Positions 56,547-64,000 of a stretch of DNA of 64,000 nt are shown in pieces. The notes beneath the pieces are model-generated. The model saw only the letters and a program-made list of their open reading frames with translations, was not told the origin of the DNA and searched no databases. Origin of the DNA: Hypanus sabinus. Its lineage: Eukaryota. The stretch lies in assembly GCF_030144855.1 (NCBI RefSeq), contig NC_082723.1, positions 39,370,001-39,434,000 of the forward strand, read 5' to 3'. Each line of letters begins with the position of its first letter. Within the stretch, counting starts at the first letter, position 1. The translations under genes were made by a program, and so were the position numbers.

Positions 56547-59500
56547 GTAATTTAGCCTGCGCTTCACATTGTGTTTATTTTTTTCAGATTTCTTGTCTTA
56601 TTCATCTTTTTAGTAGGTGATGTTAACGGTTTCTTTAATAAATTGCAACTATTCATTAATAATTCCGCCTTTTTTGTCTATTGTTTCCCTCCGCCCACAT
56701 TAATTCTAGTTTCTGGAAATAGTTTCGCAGGACGCTCATGGGGTTCTGAAAATGATGAAACACATGAAAGATAACACCACAGTTCTTGTAAAGATGGTAA
56801 GCCTAGTTTCCATGGCAACGTTTCCCGTGGTAACACGGAGGCTTTGGTCCGTACGGAAAGATTAGAACTGGCATCTCCTCGTGAGTCGACATCATTAAGG
56901 AAGACCAATCCCTTCCCTTGGCAAGGAGGAAAAACAGTTGGTTTGAGCATCACGAATGGTCACGTTCCCTTCCTCGCCAATGTTCTCTAATTGTCTTTGA
57001 ATATCACTCTACTTTGTATTGATGTATCTCATTTGAGATAGTTATCTAAAGATTTAAAACTTTGTGTGTATAAAAAACTTCATCTCAGCCCTAAAAAGCC
57101 AACTACTTATCTTGAAAACATGCCCTGTAGTTCTACACTTTCCTGGGAGCAGGACAGATTCTCAACATTTACCTTGTCAGTACCTCTTCCTCGGACTCAG
57201 CCAAATATGGCTGATCTTCCTTAATCATCGGGCAGCTCCTCATCCCAGGAACGAACAGAGTGAATCTATGACGCATTAACTCCAAGCCCAGCGCACGCAT
57301 CATTAGGTATACCAGATCTCACGAAAATCTCTTTGCAACCTTAGCAAAACAAAGATTTTCCTTATCTTGACGTTCTGCACTGTGCCTTTCTTCTGATGGC
57401 TTTACCAGTGGGAAAGAGCTTCTCCCCATATCCTGCAATGTGGGATTTGGCCCTTGGTTCCTTCTTGCTTTCTGAAGCTAGATCCTCAAACTAGAGAGCT
57501 GATCTCCATTTCCATTGTTTATTGAAACTGGATTTGGACTTCCTAGCAGATTATGGGAGCAGTAGGAATAGATACTATTATGCTTCATGAAAGGAAAATT
57601 CTGGTTCATGTTAAATGATTGTATTACTTATTACAGACCTTCACGATTTACCTTTTTTTATCCACCTTGTGAAAACAGGTTGAATGCATGGATGAGGCAA
57701 TGGCCAACAAAGCCCTAAGGGAGGTAAGTACACGACAGTTATTGTACAATAGGATGCAACAGTCAGTGTATGATTTGCCACGGGCACAGTATATTGCATA
57801 ATATTCACCAGCCTGGAACAAGCTACAGTGGTCTGGTCTCCCTGTGTTCTTCACGGCCATTCCCTTGGGAATTAAGATGATTTGCTTCCATTCCATTCCT
57901 GTGGGCTGCAAGGTGACTATTGCAGCCACTGGTTGGGTTGAGTTGTTCTCCGACCTTTGCAAAGTCACTTGCAAGCGTTTCGCCGCCGTACGAGGGGACA
58001 TCGGCGGTGCGTTGTGTTAATTTGCGGTCGCCACAAGTAAGCAGCACGTTGATGGCATCGCCTGGTACGCCGATGAGACATTTGCAAGTGGATTGCCGGG
58101 ATTGGAGAACAATTCAACCCAACCACCAACCACCCGAGCTCAACATTTCCCGAGTTTATGAACAATTGAAGCCACTGTGGGAATGGGTATGCTCTGCGGA
58201 CAGACTGGCTGGTTCTGATGGGGTGCTGGGTGAGTAGATTAAGCACCATTGGTGCTGAGCTTCAGTGTGCTTCTGGCTCACGGACCAGGCATTCTCCATA
58301 CCATGCCAACTGCTCTTCCATTACTTTGACTGCACCTGCGATTCCCAGAGGTCAGTGGAAATGTTACTTTTCTTTCAAGGAGGCTTTGAGCACGTTCTCT
58401 AACATTCTCTGCCTGGTAAGCTGTTCTTGTGCAGGTGGAATCCCTGGCGTTAGATCTTTGATGAATGGAATGAGTAAGTGTTATTTATTTATTTAGAGAT
58501 ACTGTGTAGAGTTGGCCCTTCCAGCCCTTCAGACAGCACCACCCCAGCAACCCCCGACAACCCCGATTTAACACTAACCTAATCACAGGACAATTCACAA
58601 TGACCATTAACCTACCTGGTGAGTCATTGGACTGTGGGAGGAAACCAGAGCACTTGGGGTAAAGCCATGCGTTCCACACGGAGGATGTACAGACTCCTCG
58701 CAGAGGACGTCAGGATTAAACTCTGAACTCCGACCTCCCTCCGTGATGTAATAGCATCACGTTAACTGCTACACTACCCTGGCGGAATGCTGGGAATGTT
58801 AGCCAGGGAGAGGATGCCGGTCCTTCCGGTGAATCTGAAGCAGTTTGTAGGGATACCATTGGCGGTGTATTCCCAGGCAGTGCAGGGGTCAGGAGCATTT
58901 AGGAGAGCAGGCATCACTGGTGTCTGATCAACCATGTGCTTTGGACCTGGTCAGAGGTCTGAATCTTCAGACACTCTTTCTCGTTCATCGTCCAAAGGCT
59001 GTGCTGGTGCATTGAAGGTGGTGATTGAACTTCATTATGGAAGTATACCGTTGTTGACAGGCATTGAGATGAAAGAAGAGGTTCATTTCTTTTTCCAGGG
59101 TCCTGCTGTGAACGTTCAAGGTTGGAGGAAAATTGGGAGAGGAGCTTTTGCCTTGCTGTTGTTGAGTGTAAGCCCTGCCCTTTCATATGCTCCAGACTGA
59201 GAGGAACCCAGTCACTGGTTGGAGTTTGGCCTCCGAGTGTGCGCAAATGCAAGTACCGGCTGCCTACGTCAGCTCATCCACTGAGGCTGGGTGATCCTGG
59301 TGCTGGGAATCAGCCATAAGCTGGGTGTTTTCCCTTTACTCCCAAGAGTTTGCTGCAGTCCTCTGGGAAGCTTATCGGAAATGAGATGCCGTATTGTGAT
59401 GGCAGAAGCTGAAAATATCGGGCATGGACGCAGCCTGGTTTGAGACTGATCTGAGCTGGGCTCTTCTGTAGGTTCATTGGTTAGAGCTTCTCTGGACAGC

Positions 59501-60581
59501 TGACTTTGAGGCATGTGCTTCAGGGTCCCTCTTTTTGAAGTCAAGGGCTCTAGTGCAGTTAAGAAAAGCCATGTATTGTGATGGGTGATCTTCCCCGCAT
59601 TTCACTCGAGTTTGTCGCCCAACGATGATTGTATCTGCTCTGTAATCGCAGAACACCCAGGAGTTTATGGCAAGGTGGTTAATGTATTACACAGTGAGAC
59701 ACCTGCAGTGGCAATGTACAACATGTTAGTGACGGAGTGGTGCTCAGTACAGGGTGAATGCCGTTACATTCAGCGTTTGGCAGAGAGTGCAGAAGTCATT
59801 CTGATACAGTCAGTAGTATTTGTTTGATGGACTGCATTACAACTGGTGTACAGTACAGCGTTCAGTGGATAATACGTAGTAGCAGTTGGTGAAGAGCACA
59901 TGAGGATTCAAGGAAGCAGCACACCACCTTTGCAAGAGCAAATTAGTTTTAGGCAACAAATTCTAGCCACGTGTAGGAGCTCTGCATGTTGGGCACTTTG
60001 TTAAACATGCCAGGTTGATGGGACAGAGCAGAGCTAGCCGAAAGTGGGTCAGGTAACATTTATGTTGGGAAACAGACAGTGAACATTTTGGGTCAAGATC
60101 TTTCACCTGGATGGTTTTGATATTAGCCCAGATGAAGGGGTCTCCACCCAAACCACTAACAGTCCATTTTCCTCCACAGATGCTGCCTGACATGCTGAGT
60201 TCCTCCAGCAGTTTGTTTGCTTTTCAGCATCTACAGTCTGTTGTGCCAGTATTGTAGAGGGAACTCTGTCCTGTGGAGGAGTTTGATACTTGGGTGTGAT
60301 GCTTCTCCTTTGTATTGTCTGTGTGGAAAAGATTCTCGTAACTAATTTGTTGAGTTGGGAGGTAGTGGGGTTGGGGTTGCCGGTGGGCTTCGACAGTGAT
60401 GATGACAAGCATGTGAGCCAAATGGAAGTCATTGCCAAAATCCAGTTGACAATCAGAACTTTATTGCAACTTTGATATGTTTTTGACTTGTAACTTCTCC
60501 TTTCAGGCCATGTTCCTGTTGGACCTGCAGCATGAAAATATCTGTAAATACAAGGAGATCTTTGTTGCCTGGAATAAAGAG
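56532..60581 (+). CDS. STKLD1: Serine/threonine kinase-like domain-containing protein 1, partial (first four coding exons): join(56532-56546,56710-56796,57679-57723,60507-60581...)
   Basis: Spliced MENYE/FLEIVSQDAHGVLKMMKHMKDNTTVLVKM/VECMDEAMANKALRE/AMFLLDLQHENICKYKEIFVAWNKE aligns with recalled human MEKYQ...VIKQ/VECMDDHYASQALEE/LMPLLKLRHAHI..YQELFITW; all phase 0, GT-AG; syntenic and divergent from SURF4. Confidence 0.85.
56710..56796 (+). CDS. STKLD1: STKLD1 coding exon 2
   Basis: ttctag|87 nt open|gtaagc; contains the beta3 Lys (VLVK). Confidence 0.78.
56806..56834. promoter_or_regulatory. Tandem RFX X-boxes in STKLD1 intron 2
   Basis: GTTTCCATGGCAAC (56806-56819) directly followed by GTTTCCCGTGGTAAC (56820-56834). 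Confidence 0.7.
57679..57723 (+). CDS. STKLD1: STKLD1 coding exon 3
   Basis: aacag|VECMDEAMANKALRE|gtaagt. Confidence 0.88.
58485..58783 (-). mobile_element. V-SINE inserted in degenerate LINE-like sequence
   Basis: Inverted V-domain with (TTTA)n tail at left and tRNA-like head at right. Confidence 0.7.
60507..60581 (+). CDS. STKLD1: STKLD1 coding exon 4
   Basis: ctcctttcag|AMFLLDLQHENICKYKEIFVAWNKE|gtatgg; kinase subdomain IV HxNI motif. Confidence 0.88.
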
Positions 60582-61889
60582 GTATGGAATGCAATGCACG
60601 AGAATTCCTCACTTGTAAACATAAAAATCAAAAATGTGTAGGTCATGGGTTTCTGAAACAGAAACAAAAGTTGTAAATATACTTTATGTCAGGGAAAGCT
60701 TTACTCTGTGTAATATTGTATGTATAGAGTTGGTTTGATATCTGGTACTTGGTGACTGTCGGTTTGGAGCCCCAGGCAAGTAGCAGTGGCACATTCACAT
60801 TCTTCCCATTACTGTGCCTCTGTCACCTCCAACCTTGCCTACACTAATGCCAGCATCAGTACTTCCATCTCCCTTGCACTTCAACTTATCCAAATGTTTC
60901 CTGCTCACATCTTTACTCAAACCAGCAACTATTCTCCCCTCACCTTGCGCTGACATTGAAAAATTGAGGCTGAGTCCTGTTTCAGAAAATTGAACATGTA
61001 ATCCAGCCTGATACCCTTAATGTAAGTTATGTAGGTATGCAGAGATCTTCTGACCGTGTGTTAACCTGAAGTTCTGTCTCCTGGAGTGATTTTTCAAAAA
61101 TAAAGAAACAGGCAACGTTCTTGATCATAATGTGACAATACTTATCATTGAATTATCGCCAAAGAAACTCATGATTTGATTCTGTGTGAAAACTGTGCCG
61201 CTACCCTGCTCGACAAAATGTAGATTTTTTGGTTTGTTTGCTTATAGGATACAGTCACAGGGTTAAAATTTGCCTCCTAAAACTAAGTTGCTCTTGAGCC
61301 GCCTTCTTGAATCCTCTTTATTTTTGGCGAAGATATTCCCATTAAGTTGTGGATTTGGGGGTTCCAGAATTTAAGCACAATAATCATAAAGTAATAGCAA
61401 TGTGCAACTTGAAGGAGAGCCCTTGTTCTTCTTGGTTGTGGAGGCTGTGTTTTTGGGAACTGCTGTAGAAATAGTCCTGGTGAGTAGCTGCATTCTATTG
61501 TCTTTTAGATGCTAAACATTGTTGCTCTGGTGCATCATTTCTGGAGGGAATAAACATTTAGACTGATGGATGTGGATATATGAACAGCTTTGTCCTGAAT
61601 AATGTTGTGCTTTTCCAGTGAGAATGGAACTCTCATTTATCTAATCAAGTGGAGGATATTTTATCATCCTCCGAATGAGTCACCTGGGGAGTTGTGAGTC
61701 CTTTTACTTACTTGCTTTTTGGGATTCAGAATGCAGGCATTATTGGTAAGGCTAGTGTTTATTAACAACCCTTAATTCCTCCTTGTAAGTTAGGGGAGCC
61801 ATCTTCTTGAATTGTTGATGAAGGTACAACCAGAAGATGTTGAACACAAATTTTCAGGATTTAGTCACAGTGCTGATGAATGGTGCCAT

Positions 61890-62265
61890 AACAGCCTCTC
61901 ACATAATGTCAGCAGAACTGAAGAGCTGATTATTGACTACAGCAGGTCCATGAGCCAGTCCGCCTTAGGGGGTTGGAGGTGAAGAGGATCAGTAACTTTA
62001 AATTCCTCAGCATTCTCATATCAGAGGATCTGTTCTGGGACCAGCACGTAAGACAAGACAGTGCCTCTACTTAGAAGTTTGCACCGACTCAGCATGTCAT
62101 CTGAAACTTTGACAAACTGCTATGGATGCACCGTGGAGAATATCCTGACTGGTTGCATCACGGCCTGTACGGAAACCAATACCCAAGAATGGGAAAGTCT
62201 TCAAAAAGTGTTGGATACAGCCCAGTCCATCCAATCCCTTCTCACCACTGAGCACCTCTATACGA
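61890..62265 (+). mobile_element. Rex1-type LINE fragment
   Basis: LTNCYGCTVENILTGCITA; similar to 48640-49020. Confidence 0.7.
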
Positions 62266-62868
62266 ACAATCTAAAACTGATCTGGCCCTGGCCAAACTGT
62301 ATGTGAATGAATAGCTTATTAGAGACTAAGTGCTGTTCGATAATACTTTTTACCGCATCTTCAGCCACATTTCTTACAGAAAGAAGGAAAGCAGAAAAAT
62401 AGGAGCATGGAAGGTCATTTGGCCCTTCTGCTCTGCCATCCTCTATCTTGATACTAAATTCCACTTTGCTACCGTATACCTTTTTGTGTCTTCAAATGTA
62501 TTTATCTCATTCTTTGTTAAGTTCAGTGGCATGGCCTCTGTGGTGGATAATTTTTGAGCGTCATCACCCTGTGAGTATATGAAGTAGTCCCCCAGTCTTG
62601 AGATTATGATCTCTGGTTCTGGAGCCAACCAGGAGAAACACCAAGTCTGTCAAATTGTATCAGCATTTTGTACGTATCAATAAGATTGTGTCTCATTCTT
62701 CATAAAATAGCCACTATGCCATTTTTCTTCTTAACTGTTTCTGCACACTTGGTTTCAGTGATTGGTGCACAATGATACCAGGATTTCCTTGTACGCCAAA
62801 ATTTTGCAATCATCACTAGTTAAATGATTGGGAGAAGAATGTTGGATGGTAGCTGCTGAATTGAATTT

Positions 62869-63310
62869 GTGGAACGTAGCAGGCCAGGCAGCATCTATAG
62901 AAAGAAGTACAGTCGACGTTTCGGGCCAAGACCCTTCAACAGGACCCGAAGGACTTCGAAGGGTCTCGGCCCGAAACTTCAACTGTACTTCTCCCTATAG
63001 ATGTTGCCTGGCCTGCTGCGTTCCACCAGCATTTTGTGTGTGTTGTTTGAATTTCCAGCATCTGCAGATTTCCTCGTGTTTGCGAATTAAATTTGTCTTG
63101 CTTTTGGTGAACAGTAGACATGTGGCCAATGTTCTGCATTGTTATGTGGATGCCAGTGTGTTAAATATTGGACAAATACAAAAAAATCTACAGATGCTGG
63201 AAATCCAAAGCCACACACACAAAGTACTGGAGGAACTCAGCAGGCCAGGCAGCATCTATAGAAAAGAGTGAACAGTTGACATTTTGGGCTGAGACCCTTC
63301 GTCAGGACTT
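62869..63310. mobile_element. Cluster of inverted Penelope-like tails (palindrome 62869-63026, further copy 63185-63310)
   Basis: ~69-bp arms around a 20-nt loop; gaagggtctcggcccgaaac motifs on both strands. Confidence 0.7.
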
Positions 63311-64000
63311 ACAACTACTGGAACAGTTTGGTCAGGGATGAGTTAGTTCTGGAGTATAAGTTCAGGCAGGATGTTGTCGAGTCCCATAGCCTTTGTTGTT
63401 CCCAGTGCACTCAGCTGTGTTTTTTAATATATGGAGTGGTGAGAATCAAATTTGCTGAAGTCAGGCTTTTGTGATGAGCTCAGGGAAAAAGCCAAGGCTG
63501 AATATGTTTGCAAACTTGGTGCTCACCTGCTGAGCTCCACATCAATCAGGAGGGAATGTTCCTGGAGATTCCTCCTTTAGGAGCTTATTAAAATTATTCA
63601 TCCCCATCTGATCCTTTCACTGCAGATTCACTTAAGTGTGCTTATTACGTTGTGCTTGTTGATGATCAAACTCTTGTGTTTGGGGTTTCATCAATCTTAA
63701 CTGTGCCTGGCTTTACTTATTGAACTCTGGTTTGATGAAACTGAAATTTAAGGAAATGTAAGGCTTTGAGGTTTCAGTTTGTGCTGGAACACAATTCTGC
63801 TACTGCTGATGGCCCCAATTCTGATTTGCCATTTCTTTTCTGAATCCATCTACTTAGCACATTTTGTCCCCTGCCTCACGAAACAGTGCAGAGGCCCTTA
63901 GCATAAAGACGGGTCCTTGTTTCTAAAAGGTCTTTTCAATGGTTGTTTCTATGAGTACTGTACTGTCATTGACAGGTGAATCTAAAATAAGGTAGACTCA

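Noticed and set aside
60582-64000. Candidate STKLD1 exon 5
   Set aside because: The AG-preceded frames inspected (~61248, ~61509) hit stops and lack an LCLVME-like motif; the exon probably lies beyond the window.

Overview
Vertebrate genomic DNA, most likely a cartilaginous fish (ray or shark). That assignment is inferred from V-SINEs, abundant CR1/Rex1/L2 LINEs and Penelope-like tails. The window covers part of the Surfeit locus. It holds a complete six-exon SURF2 (+, CDS 8562-19448, 243 aa) and a complete six-exon SURF4 (-, CDS 45442-22024, 269 aa), arranged tail-to-tail with poly(A) signals 46 bp apart. It also holds the first four coding exons of the pseudokinase STKLD1 (+, from 56532), which continues past the window. 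Most remaining sequence is transposon-derived, so nearly all entries in the ORF track are TE fragments or noise. Main points of interest: (1) a full-length CsRn1-clade Gypsy element with a tRNA-Trp PBS, CHCC Gag, AGCT TSD and an intact -1 frameshift slippery site plus pseudoknot; (2) a young L1 5' half (ORF1 plus endonuclease, no RT, no polyA) flanked by a perfect 51-bp duplication; (3) Penelope-type hammerhead-ribozyme motifs and palindromes; (4) a Tigger MITE resembling mammalian MER2; (5) a candidate STKLD1 promoter about 11 kb from SURF4 carrying three RFX X-boxes. There is a 155-N assembly gap at 49581-49735. Gene and TE family names rest on recalled homology, not database searches, and TE boundaries are approximate unless a TSD is given.
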